A stretch of 61,281 bases of DNA, the filler included, from Candidatus Babelota bacterium (GTDB lineage: Bacteria > JAGOBX01), in the NCBI GenBank assembly GCA_017999075.1. It is 8 parts of 8 records of this genome, joined end to end, with 100 filler letters (N's around TTAATTAATTAA, not from the genome) between each part and the next. Parts side by side here need not be neighbours in the genome. Positions count along the whole stretch, not along the records: positions 1 to 18,795 come from JAGOBX010000012.1; 7 more parts are not named here. One strand, 5' to 3'. A model generated the notes under the pieces. It was not told the origin of the DNA, ran no database searches, and saw only the letters and a list, made by a program, of their open reading frames with translations. How positions within the stretch are numbered: the first letter of the stretch is position 1; every line of letters starts with the position of its first letter. Position numbers and translations under genes: made by a program. Of the stretch, positions 1 through 10,008 are shown piece by piece.

Positions 1-2
1 TA

Positions 3-680
3 AAAAATATGCTTATAGACTTCGGCGTCAGATTTAACAAAAAAGAAAACTCTAAAGTTTATCTTCTTGAATCGCTTAATAAACTTTTGATAAAAGAATA
101 TTCTGAAAACAGGATTGTGGCAACAATAATAGACGAATCTCAATTAATTAGCATTGAAACTCTCGAAGAAATAAGACTGCTGACAAACCTTGAGACCAAC
201 AATCACAAATTAATTCAAATAATTTTATGCGGTCAGCCTGATTTTGACAGAATAATAAATTCGGACAGACTGCAGCAATTAAAACAAAGGATTAATTTTT
301 ATTGTCATCTTCTTCCGCTGTCTTTTGAAGAAATGATTAATTATATAAATCACAGGATGCACATAGCAGGCCGTCCTGAACCAGTTCCAATAACCGAAAA
401 CGCATTAAAACTTATTTATTTTTATTCAAAAGGAATACCGAGAATAGTAAACTCAATATGCGACAAATCAATGATTTCGGCATATGCTTATGATAAATCT
501 GAAGTAAATGTAAATTGCGTTGTATCAGGAATACAGATGCTTGAAGGCAATACTGACAGGAAAAAAGTATATATAGAACTTTTTAAAATAATGATATCCC
601 GATATTACAGATACGCTTTCTGGATAACAATTATTTTTTTTCTGGCATTAATATATTTATCAAAAATAATGAATGTTTGA
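3..680 (+). CDS. ExeA/GspA-family AAA ATPase, 5'-truncated by window edge
   Basis: Walker B IIDESQ, LEEIRLLTNLE, ILCGQP, LKQRI and GIPRIVNSICD are typical ExeA motifs; Walker A is absent and the frame is open to the window start; hydrophobic C-terminal segment. Confidence 0.85.
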   Translation, partial: KNMLIDFGVRFNKKENSKVYLLESLNKLLIKEYSENRIVATIIDESQLISIETLEEIRLLTNLETNNHKLIQIILCGQPDFDRIINSDRLQQLKQRINFYCHLLPLSFEEMINYINHRMHIAGRPEPVPITENALKLIYFYSKGIPRIVNSICDKSMISAYAYDKSEVNVNCVVSGIQMLEGNTDRKKVYIELFKIMISRYYRYAFWITIIFFLALIYLSKIMNV

Positions 681-694
681 TTCTGGAGTTCAAT

Positions 695-1612
695 ATGAGC
701 ATAATAAAGAAAGCTCTTGATAAAGCTGAAAAAGAAAAGCAATCTTCTGTAAACGAACAACATACTGCAGAACACAGCAATAAAGAAACTTCAAAAGATT
801 ATTCTGTTAAAAATTCAAATTCAATTGATAAAAAAGTAAATCCTATGTTTGAACCTCCTATTGATAAGACAAAACCTTATATTAAAAAAAAAATACGTAT
901 GCATTCAAAAAATAAAGTTGATAACATATTATTTTCTATTACTATTTTACTGATGATTTTATCTCTTCCCTTATTTATTAATATAAAAAAATTCTTCAAA
1001 ACTAAAAATGATTTCGAATATAAAGAAAATTCTAATTTAATAGTCAGCGAAAAAAAAATTCCTTTAATAAAAGACGAAATAATAAGCAATAAAAACAATA
1101 CTGATGATAAATTCCAAAAACCGCAATCATCAACAAAAAATGAAATTATTCAAAATAATAATGAAAAAAAATCTGAAAAACAAATAAAAAAAGATATTTC
1201 AAACAACCCAAAAGTTGTATTTGAAAAAAAGAATGATATTCTAAAAAAAAATCAGACTATATCTGAAAAAACCGATATAAACGAAATTTTAGAAATATAT
1301 AACGACGGCGATAAACAAACAGCACTACTTATTTTAAAATCAAAGTATAAACGTTCGTCAAATGACCTGCAGCTGATTAAATTAATTGCAGAATTATCTT
1401 ACAATAGCGAAAATTATCAGGATGCAATTTTATATTATCAAAAATTAATTGATTTGGCTAACGACACCGAATCATATTTTAAAATAGGGTTATGTTACCA
1501 GATGTTTTTAAAAAATCCCAAAAAAGCAGCCTCATACTACCAAGAATATATCAAAAAAAACGGGATGTATTCTGAAAAAGTAAAGAATATGCTTGAAAAC
1601 ATAAAATACTAA
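695..1612 (+). CDS. ExeB/GspB-like membrane protein with C-terminal TPRs
   Basis: GGAG RBS before ATG 695; N-terminus MSIIKKALDKAEKEK resembles GspB; one TM helix, low-complexity linker, TPR motifs; follows exeA. Confidence 0.6.
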   Translation: MSIIKKALDKAEKEKQSSVNEQHTAEHSNKETSKDYSVKNSNSIDKKVNPMFEPPIDKTKPYIKKKIRMHSKNKVDNILFSITILLMILSLPLFINIKKFFKTKNDFEYKENSNLIVSEKKIPLIKDEIISNKNNTDDKFQKPQSSTKNEIIQNNNEKKSEKQIKKDISNNPKVVFEKKNDILKKNQTISEKTDINEILEIYNDGDKQTALLILKSKYKRSSNDLQLIKLIAELSYNSENYQDAILYYQKLIDLANDTESYFKIGLCYQMFLKNPKKAASYYQEYIKKNGMYSEKVKNMLENIKY

Positions 1613-1693
1613 TCAGGCTTCAATAATTTTCACAATTACAAAATAAGTTATTGACTTTAATGATTCAAAATTATATTATATTTTCCAAGTATT

Positions 1694-2494
1694 ATGAGAA
1701 AAATATACAAACTATTATTCATATATATTGCATTCATTATAATAATTTCAGTCAACCTGCGCGCAGATGATCTTTCCGAAGAAATATTTTATTTTGATAC
1801 GGAAAATCCGGGAATCAAAAAAAATATAGAAAATGCGCCGATGTCAATAAAAATAAAAGTATTGATCAATCAGTTTAATCAGTATGACGACATAGAATCA
1901 CGTACCGATGCTATTTTTAACGCTGGGAAACTTGGTTCTGAATCAATTGATTTTTTTAATTACATTTATAATAAGTCTCAAAATCCTATAATAAAAATAG
2001 AAGCTTTAAAATCTATTTATAAATATAAACTCAATTTTAAAGAAATAATACTTGATGCAGTAAATAATAATGTTAATGATTCCATAATAATACTGGGAAT
2101 AGAATGTGCTGTAAATCTAAACGATACTGACAGACTGATTCTTATTGAAAACTGTTTTTCAAGAAAAAATAATGTTTTTTATATATCGCATCTTCTTCCT
2201 ATTTTATTTTTAAATCCTGAAAACAATAAAAATTTCATACGGAGAATATTGATGCACGACGATCTAGAATTAAGAATGTCCTGTTATAAATATCTTGTCA
2301 ATTCTGCTCCGAAACTGTTCGAACTTACATGTTTAGGAATGTTTGATGAAAACCCTTTTATAAATAGATTTATATTATCAAAATACAAACTGTACGGAGA
2401 CAATAACGGAAAACAATTACTGTATTACGGATTGAATTCATCCGATAAAACAGTTTCAGATTACGCTAAAACATTATTAACAACAAATTATTAA
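1694..2494 (+). CDS. Secreted HEAT-repeat-like protein
   Basis: Signal peptide ending LRA; helical repeats such as IKIEALKSI and LRMSCYKYL. Confidence 0.5.
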   Translation: MRKIYKLLFIYIAFIIIISVNLRADDLSEEIFYFDTENPGIKKNIENAPMSIKIKVLINQFNQYDDIESRTDAIFNAGKLGSESIDFFNYIYNKSQNPIIKIEALKSIYKYKLNFKEIILDAVNNNVNDSIIILGIECAVNLNDTDRLILIENCFSRKNNVFYISHLLPILFLNPENNKNFIRRILMHDDLELRMSCYKYLVNSAPKLFELTCLGMFDENPFINRFILSKYKLYGDNNGKQLLYYGLNSSDKTVSDYAKTLLTTNY

Positions 2495-2516
2495 ATATAA
2501 AAACAAGGAAAAATTT

Positions 2517-4046
2517 ATGGAAACAAAAAAACCTAAAAATGAGAAAAAATCAGGCGTACTCCTGCACATAACTTCTTTACCCGGAAATGATTTAATTGGA
2601 ACGCTGGGAAAAAAATGTTTTAAATTCATTGATTTTTTAGAAAAAAGCGGTCAAACAATTTGGCAGATAAACCCGCTCGGGCCTACAGGTTATGGAGATT
2701 CTCCTTATCAAAGTTTTTCAGCGTTTGCAGGGAATATCTGGATAATAGATATCGAAGAATTTGTTGAAACCGGTTATCTCGAAAAGAACGATTGGGAAAA
2801 TTATGTATTGAATTCAAACAAAACCAAAGTGGATTTCGGAAGATTGACTTCAACAAAACTTCAATTATTGTTTAAAATTTACAAAAATGTTTTTTCAAAT
2901 GACAGACATTCAATACTTGACGGATTCGAAAAATTCTGCGAAGAATATAAATGGTGGCTGAACGATTTTGCAATATTCATGTCTTTAAAATCATTTTTCG
3001 GAGGGAAATGCTGGAATCAATGGCCAGAAGACATAAAATTACGTTATCAACACGCTCTGGTTCATTATGGAACCAAATTAAAAGATGATGTTTTATTCCA
3101 TAAATTTCTTCAATATATATTTTTCAGACAATGGATGAAAATAAAAAAATACGCAAACTCAAAAAATATAAACATCATAGGCGATGTTCCAATATTTGTC
3201 GCTTATGACAGTTCCGATGTTTGGTCCCAACGTCATTATTTTATGCTTGACCGAGATGGAAACCCTTCTTTTGTAGCCGGAGTTCCTCCAGATTATTTCA
3301 GCGAAACAGGACAATTATGGGGGAATCCTTTATATAATTGGGAAAGTTTTAAACACACAGAATTCGATTGGTGGCTGAAACGTATAGGTTATTCGCTTTA
3401 TATATTTGACGGAGTCAGAATAGATCATTTTCGTGGATTTGAAGCTTACTGGACAATCCCGGCTTCTGAAAAAACAGCTATAAATGGTTATTGGTCGAAA
3501 GCTCCGTGTTATCAATTATTCAATAAAATATATTCGGTTTTAAAATCACCATTTATTATAGCCGAGGATTTGGGTATTATTACTGAAGAAGTAGAAAAAT
3601 TCAGAGATACTTATAAATTACCCGGAATGAAGGTATTGCAGTTTGCATTTGAAACACCTGACAACGATTATCTTCCGCACAATTATTTAAATGGAAACTG
3701 TGTGGTATATACAGGAACCCATGATAATGAAACCACATTAGGATGGTATAAAAATCTAAATGAAAAAGCTAAAAATACGGTTAAACAATACATTCCCGGA
3801 ATATCAACAAAAACATGCTGCTGGAGAATGATTGAATATGCAATTGCATCTTCAGCAAAATATGCAATTATTCCTATGCAGGATCTATTTGAACTTGACA
3901 ATTCGGCAAGAATGAATGCTCCGTCAGTAGCATCAGGAAACTGGCAATGGAGATATGAAGACAAACAACTGACTCCGGATATAATGCAAAAATTATTAAA
4001 CTTATGTATTTTATATAATAGAACAACTCCTAAAAAAACAGATTAG
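2517..4046 (+). CDS. malQ: 4-alpha-glucanotransferase (GH77)
   Basis: GVLLHITSLP, DSPYQSFSAFAGN, GVPPDYFSETGQLWGNP, RIDHFRG, IAEDLG, YTGTHDN. Confidence 0.97.
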   Translation: METKKPKNEKKSGVLLHITSLPGNDLIGTLGKKCFKFIDFLEKSGQTIWQINPLGPTGYGDSPYQSFSAFAGNIWIIDIEEFVETGYLEKNDWENYVLNSNKTKVDFGRLTSTKLQLLFKIYKNVFSNDRHSILDGFEKFCEEYKWWLNDFAIFMSLKSFFGGKCWNQWPEDIKLRYQHALVHYGTKLKDDVLFHKFLQYIFFRQWMKIKKYANSKNINIIGDVPIFVAYDSSDVWSQRHYFMLDRDGNPSFVAGVPPDYFSETGQLWGNPLYNWESFKHTEFDWWLKRIGYSLYIFDGVRIDHFRGFEAYWTIPASEKTAINGYWSKAPCYQLFNKIYSVLKSPFIIAEDLGIITEEVEKFRDTYKLPGMKVLQFAFETPDNDYLPHNYLNGNCVVYTGTHDNETTLGWYKNLNEKAKNTVKQYIPGISTKTCCWRMIEYAIASSAKYAIIPMQDLFELDNSARMNAPSVASGNWQWRYEDKQLTPDIMQKLLNLCILYNRTTPKKTD

Positions 4047-4047
4047 T

Positions 4048-7000
4048 ATGGCAGCAGTTTTTTACAATAACAAAACTTTTTTTTCAACACTTGACAATCT
4101 GCCTGATATGATTTGGCTGGCAGATAAGAATAACAAATTTTACTTTTTCAATAAAGCATTCCTTGATTTTACGGGGAATACGCTCGAAAATCAAATAAAA
4201 AACGGATTAAATTCAAATATTCATCACGAAGACAAAGAATATTTTGCTGAAAACTTAATTTTAAATTTCAACCAAAAAAAACAGTTTAAAATAAATTTCA
4301 GGTTTCTAAAAAATAACGGGGAATTCAGATTCATAGAAAATAATGTCAGCCCGATGTGTAATGAAAAAAATGAAATCGAATATTTTTTAGGAATAATTTC
4401 TGACATCACAAAAAAAAATGAAATTTTCCCAGTTTGTGAAAATCACGATAAATTTTTGCAGGGTATAATAGATTCTCTAACTTCAAACATAGCGGTTATT
4501 GATAAAACAGGAACAATCATTACAACAAACAAATCTTGGAATACTTTTTTCAAATCAGACAAAGATCCAGCTGATTCCCAAATATGGATAGGAATTAATT
4601 ATCTTGAAGTTTTAAAAAAAGCCGCGGATAATAATGTTGAATATTCAAATGAAGCGTATCTCGGATTAAAACAGGTTCTGGAAGGTTCCCTCCCGCATTT
4701 CACAATGGAATACAAATTCACTCCTAAAAAAAAAGAACGATGGTATATTTTAAATGCAACTCCGTTAAAATGCGAAACCGGCGGAGTGGTAATAGGGCAT
4801 ATTGACATAACAGAAAGAAAAACAAATGAACATAACATAAAATCTCAGAATGACTTTCTCAGAAGCATTCTTGACTCATTCACAAATCCATTTTATGTGG
4901 TTGATGCAAAAACTTATACAATAACAATGATGAATTCTGCGGCTCAAAAAAAACTGCATAAAAAATACTCTGATAAAACAAATTTAAAATGCTATAATGT
5001 TTCTCATAAAAGCGATAAACCTTGTGAAATGTCAGAATTACTCTGCCCGGTACGCGAGATTAATAAAACTAAAAAACCTGTTTTGGTGGAGCATTCGCAT
5101 TTTGATCATTCAGACCATATAAGACATACTGAAATACGCGCATATCCTATATTTGATGAACAAGGCGAAGTGTCACAGGTTATAGAATATATTATTGATA
5201 TAACAGACAGAAAAAATGAAGATATATTAAAACTCAAACTATTCACAGCAATACAGCAGACTCCAAGCGTAATAGTCATAACCGATTTGAAAGGAAATAT
5301 AGAATTTGTCAATAAAGCTTTTGAAAAAAATACCGGGTATTCCGCTGAAGAAGTAAAGGGAAAAAGTACGCGTGTTTTAAAAACAGATTTTCATCCTGCT
5401 GAAGTCTATGTCGAATTATGGGGTACAATTTCTTCCGGAAAAATATGGCATGGCGAATTATTCAATAAACGCAAAGACGGAAGCACTTACTGGGAATATG
5501 CAGCTATATCTCCGATAATAAATGAAAAAGGAGAAATTATAAGTTATATAGCGGTTAAAGACGATATTACTGAACGTAAAAAAATCGAACAAGAACTCAA
5601 AGAAGCAAAAAAATCCGCAGAAATAGCAAATCAGTCAAAAAGCATATTTCTTGCAAACATGAGTCACGAAATAAGGACTCCGCTTAATGCTATACTCGGA
5701 TTTACTGATATCCTGCTTGCCGAAGAAAGTAACAAACAAAAAAAACAGCATCTTCAAATAATCAGCGATTCAGGGAAAAACCTTCTCGCATTAATAAATG
5801 ATATTCTTGATTTTTCAAAAATAGAAGCAGGAAAAATCATAATTGAAAAAACAAATTTTTCTATATTCAAATTATTTTCTCATATACACGGAATGTTCAT
5901 TTTCAAAGCAAAAGAAAAAAATATTATTTTTGAAACAGAAATTCCTTCAGATTTTCCGGATCTGATTTACGGCGACGAATACAGATTTAACCAAATAATA
6001 TTAAACCTTACAAGTAATGCTTTCAAATTCACTGAAAAAGGGAAAATCTTAATCAAAGCAGATTATGATAAAACAAATTCTATCATTTCAATATCCGTAT
6101 CAGATACTGGAATAGGAATACCGGAAAAAAAAATCAGTAAATTATTCAATCCATTCGAACAGCTCGACAGTTCAACTACAAGAAAATACGGAGGTACAGG
6201 TTTAGGATTGGCTATAACAAAAAAACTTACTGAACTTATGGATGGAAAAATTTTTATTGAAAGCAAGGAAAATGCCGGCAGTTTATTCAAAGTTGAAATT
6301 CCATGTCCAACAAAAGATTCATCAGTAAGTTTAACAGAAAAATCAAATATAAAATCTGCTGATTATGATAAAGAATTTATAAAACCTATAAAAATCAGCG
6401 GAGATAACATGGTTAAATCCTGGTTGTCAAAAATGGAAGGCAATACAAAATTAGAAAAACTTGTTATTATGGGAATACGCAGCCTTCCTGAAAAAATCGA
6501 GAGACTTAACAATTCTATCAATTCTAAAAATAATCAGGACATAAAATTCATTTCCCATGATATTAAAGGGTTCTCCGGCAATCTCGGAATGACAGAAATT
6601 TATGAATTATCAAGACAAATAGATAATGAAATAAGAAAAGAAAACTGCAATTATAATTTCATAAAATCAAAATTCGACGAACTTAACGAGGTTGTAAAAA
6701 ATATTCCGCCTGATTATTTCAATGCAGCTGACGGCAGTCAAAACCAGATTCAAAAAGAAAAAAAATACGAAAAATTCCAGATTCTTTTAGCTGAAGACAA
6801 TCCTGCAAACCAGATATTGCTTCAGACTTTTCTTGAAAAACTCGGTTTATTCTGCGATATAGCAGACAACGGGAAAATAGCCGTAGAAATGCTTTCAAAA
6901 AAAAAATACAATCTCCTTCTACTCGACATTCAGATGCCTGTTATGGATGGAGAAGCTGCGCTTAAAATAATACGTAGTGACAGCAGATATAAAAATCTGC

Positions 7001-7137
7001 ATATTATAGCTTTAACAGCAAACGCAATGAAAGGGGATTCTGAAAAATTTTTAAAAGCGGGATGCAACGATTATATTCCAAAACCAATTGACAGAAATTT
7101 GTTTAACAAAAAAATTACAAAATTAATACAAAAATAA
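4048..7137 (+). CDS. Cytoplasmic hybrid histidine kinase: 4 PAS, HisKA, HATPase, Hpt, REC
   Basis: FLANMSHEIRTPLN H-box; DTGIGI and GGTGLGL boxes; SHDIKGFSGNLG Hpt; LLAEDN/LDIQMP/PKP receiver. Confidence 0.93.
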   Translation: MAAVFYNNKTFFSTLDNLPDMIWLADKNNKFYFFNKAFLDFTGNTLENQIKNGLNSNIHHEDKEYFAENLILNFNQKKQFKINFRFLKNNGEFRFIENNVSPMCNEKNEIEYFLGIISDITKKNEIFPVCENHDKFLQGIIDSLTSNIAVIDKTGTIITTNKSWNTFFKSDKDPADSQIWIGINYLEVLKKAADNNVEYSNEAYLGLKQVLEGSLPHFTMEYKFTPKKKERWYILNATPLKCETGGVVIGHIDITERKTNEHNIKSQNDFLRSILDSFTNPFYVVDAKTYTITMMNSAAQKKLHKKYSDKTNLKCYNVSHKSDKPCEMSELLCPVREINKTKKPVLVEHSHFDHSDHIRHTEIRAYPIFDEQGEVSQVIEYIIDITDRKNEDILKLKLFTAIQQTPSVIVITDLKGNIEFVNKAFEKNTGYSAEEVKGKSTRVLKTDFHPAEVYVELWGTISSGKIWHGELFNKRKDGSTYWEYAAISPIINEKGEIISYIAVKDDITERKKIEQELKEAKKSAEIANQSKSIFLANMSHEIRTPLNAILGFTDILLAEESNKQKKQHLQIISDSGKNLLALINDILDFSKIEAGKIIIEKTNFSIFKLFSHIHGMFIFKAKEKNIIFETEIPSDFPDLIYGDEYRFNQIILNLTSNAFKFTEKGKILIKADYDKTNSIISISVSDTGIGIPEKKISKLFNPFEQLDSSTTRKYGGTGLGLAITKKLTELMDGKIFIESKENAGSLFKVEIPCPTKDSSVSLTEKSNIKSADYDKEFIKPIKISGDNMVKSWLSKMEGNTKLEKLVIMGIRSLPEKIERLNNSINSKNNQDIKFISHDIKGFSGNLGMTEIYELSRQIDNEIRKENCNYNFIKSKFDELNEVVKNIPPDYFNAADGSQNQIQKEKKYEKFQILLAEDNPANQILLQTFLEKLGLFCDIADNGKIAVEMLSKKKYNLLLLDIQMPVMDGEAALKIIRSDSRYKNLHIIALTANAMKGDSEKFLKAGCNDYIPKPIDRNLFNKKITKLIQK

Positions 7138-7141
7138 AATT

Positions 7142-8818
7142 ATGGATTTCAAAAAAATAATAGAACATTGGAATTATAAATGTCCGAATTGCGGTGCAGA
7201 TTTATCAGTCACAGACAAAGAATGCTATCACTGCAACCTTGATTTCACCAAACACATAACATTAGAAACACAAAAACAATTCAAAAAATTATTGGAAATG
7301 CTCCCTATTCCCGTAGTTTACTGGAAAATCTGGGAAACATTTTATGTCATGCTCATTTATCTTGTAGCAAACCTTTTGACCAACAGCATACAAATTAAAT
7401 ATGCTGATCTTGAAAGTGAGAAATATTTTTTGCTGACTATTTTACTAACTCTCGGAAACAGCATCATTTTATTTTCAGCAACATGGTTTATTGCAATAAA
7501 AAAATATAAACAAAAACCTGCAGTTATAGGAATTTCTTTAAAAGAAAACACAATCATATCCTCCTTAAACGGATTCAAATTCGCAATAATTTTCATATTT
7601 TTCAATACTCTTACTTTAAAATATATTTTTGCTACAGCAACAATTTATCCAAATAATTATTCCATTCTTCCTCTTCTGCTATATTCCAATTCATCAAAGA
7701 CATTAGTATTGTCAATTTTAATATTCGGCATTATAGTTCCTTTTTTTGAAGAAGTTTTTTTTAGAGGTTTTTTTTATAAGGCATTCAGGGTAAAATTCAG
7801 TTTCATTCAATCAGCAGTATTAACTTCAGTTATATTCGGAATTATGCATATAGAACCAACAATGATACCTTTCGGAATTATTTCAGGAATAGTTTTATGT
7901 TATCTTTATGAAAAATATATGACAATATGGCGCGGATATTTTTTACATTCTTCTGTAAATACATTTTTTATATTATTTTCTTTCAACAACGGAATTTTAA
8001 TAAAAAATATATCGTTTCAAAATTTAATACTGATATTTCTTTTAATTTCAATAATATTTCTGATTTTAAACTCCATAATTTCAAAATCTTTATCAATCAG
8101 CAAAATTCTAAAAAATTATTATAATAAATTAATCATTAGTTTTTCAATATTTCTTATATTTATCATCGGATTAATCAATTCACCTCAATTTATGGAAAAT
8201 AAATCATTCGTCGCTTTTAAAACATTTCTGCTGATTAACCAATCCCAGTTTCAAACAGCAGAAAAAATCATTGACACTGCAATGAAAAAATATAATGATG
8301 ATATAGAATTACTTATATTACTGCAAACAATATATTATTATGACGGAAACCATAAAAAATCTTATGATACAGGAAAAAAAATATTGTCGCAAATGTCAGA
8401 AGCCGATAAGAAATCAGATGAAAATTTATATATAGGAATAGTAACTAATATAGCTTTAAGTTCAATAGAAATCAATGAAGATTATTCAGAATATTTTGAT
8501 ATACTCAAAAAATATATCGAAAATAAAAAACAGGTTATGCCGGAAATATTTGAAGCTATAGGTTGGATTTATGTTCAGGAAAATAATCTTAAGATAGCAG
8601 AAGAATTAATTTATAAATTTCTGAAAGAACGCCAATCTTATTCAGAACTTGAATTAAGCGAAGTATATTATCATTTAGGTGTATTAAATTTAAAAAAACG
8701 GGATAAACAAACTGCTGGAAATTATTTTAAAAAATCAGCAGAATTCGGAAAAAAAAATTATTTTTCAAATAAAAGCTCAAAATTATCAAAAATACACGAA
8801 GGAAATTCTGTCATATAA
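7142..8818 (+). CDS. CPBP (Abi/CAAX) intramembrane metalloprotease with N-terminal zinc ribbon and C-terminal TPRs
   Basis: CPNC..CYHC; EEVFFRG, FGIMH and HSSVN motifs; many TM segments; TPR-like tail. Confidence 0.85.
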   Translation: MDFKKIIEHWNYKCPNCGADLSVTDKECYHCNLDFTKHITLETQKQFKKLLEMLPIPVVYWKIWETFYVMLIYLVANLLTNSIQIKYADLESEKYFLLTILLTLGNSIILFSATWFIAIKKYKQKPAVIGISLKENTIISSLNGFKFAIIFIFFNTLTLKYIFATATIYPNNYSILPLLLYSNSSKTLVLSILIFGIIVPFFEEVFFRGFFYKAFRVKFSFIQSAVLTSVIFGIMHIEPTMIPFGIISGIVLCYLYEKYMTIWRGYFLHSSVNTFFILFSFNNGILIKNISFQNLILIFLLISIIFLILNSIISKSLSISKILKNYYNKLIISFSIFLIFIIGLINSPQFMENKSFVAFKTFLLINQSQFQTAEKIIDTAMKKYNDDIELLILLQTIYYYDGNHKKSYDTGKKILSQMSEADKKSDENLYIGIVTNIALSSIEINEDYSEYFDILKKYIENKKQVMPEIFEAIGWIYVQENNLKIAEELIYKFLKERQSYSELELSEVYYHLGVLNLKKRDKQTAGNYFKKSAEFGKKNYFSNKSSKLSKIHEGNSVI

Positions 8819-8824
8819 ATAATT

Positions 8825-9295
8825 ATGATTTGTCCAAAATGCAATAATGAAATTACTGATTCTTCCGTTAAACTTTGCCCTAAATGCGGATATTACCTTT
8901 ACAGAAATCTATTAAAAGAAATTATATGGATAATAGGAAAATACTATGACAAAAATGATTATTTCGGAATACGGGAATTACTTAATAAAGCTATGCCTAT
9001 TGCAGAAGGAACAAAATATGAATCTGCCATAAGGCGGCAAATCACTGATATAGAAATAAGAATAAAAGAGCGTAATAAAATAATATCCGACCTTAAAGCA
9101 GAAGCAAAAATACACTTTGATAAAAAAGATTATAAGGAAGCGCTTAAATGCTACAGAAAATTATTGTCCATACCTCTTAGAAAAAGAGAACAATCTCAAA
9201 TTGAAAATGATTTAATCAGGGTTAAAGCTCAAATATACAAATTTGAAATGAAAAATTTATTCAACGATGAAAACATCAAATTATTTAATTTATAA
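8825..9295 (+). CDS. Zinc-ribbon + TPR protein
   Basis: CPKC..CPKCG; AKIHFDKKDYKEALKCY. Confidence 0.7.
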   Translation: MICPKCNNEITDSSVKLCPKCGYYLYRNLLKEIIWIIGKYYDKNDYFGIRELLNKAMPIAEGTKYESAIRRQITDIEIRIKERNKIISDLKAEAKIHFDKKDYKEALKCYRKLLSIPLRKREQSQIENDLIRVKAQIYKFEMKNLFNDENIKLFNL

Positions 9296-9947
9296 ATTTA
9301 TTTTTTTTACATCAATTATATTTTTTTTACTTCAGGCTCAGTCTGATGCAAAAACAAAATTTTCTATAGGAAGGCTGAAATATTCAGGAGGAGGAGACTG
9401 GTATGCTGACCCTTCTGCTCTGCCAAATGTTTTAAAATATTTATCTAAAAATCACAGTTTTGAAGTAACTGATCAGGAAATAGTAACTGCTGAAAAAAAA
9501 GATCTTATTAAAACTCCATTTTTATTTATTACAGGTCATGGTAATATTAAACTTTCAGATTCGGAAATATCGAATTTAAGAGATTTCATTGATAATGGAG
9601 GTTTTATTTTTATAGATGACTGTTATGGTCTTGATAAGTCAATAAGAGTTCTGTTGAAAAAAATTTTTCCCGAATCAGAACTTGTCGAATTGCCGTTTTC
9701 ACACAAAATTTATCACAGTTATCATCATTTCAATAATGGTCCGCCAAAAATTCACGAACACGATAATCTTCCTGCGCAGGGATTCGGAATATTTTCAAAC
9801 GGACGGCTGGCAGTTTATTATACGTTCCAAGCCGATATAGGCGACGGAGTCGAAGACGAATGGGTTCACAACGATCCTTCTGAATTAAGAGAAAATGCCA
9901 TGAAAATGTTTGTAAACATCATATTTTTTAATTTATTGTATAATTAA
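9267..9947 (+). CDS. DUF4159-family protein
   Basis: Signal peptide; YSGGGDWY.DP, PFLFITGHG, GGFIFIDDCYG, PPKIHEHD. Confidence 0.85.
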   Translation: MKTSNYLIYKFIFFTSIIFFLLQAQSDAKTKFSIGRLKYSGGGDWYADPSALPNVLKYLSKNHSFEVTDQEIVTAEKKDLIKTPFLFITGHGNIKLSDSEISNLRDFIDNGGFIFIDDCYGLDKSIRVLLKKIFPESELVELPFSHKIYHSYHHFNNGPPKIHEHDNLPAQGFGIFSNGRLAVYYTFQADIGDGVEDEWVHNDPSELRENAMKMFVNIIFFNLLYN

Positions 9948-10008
9948 GAAATATTATTATGATTATAAAAAACCAAAAACACTATTATTATGATTAAATC
10001 ATATATTT

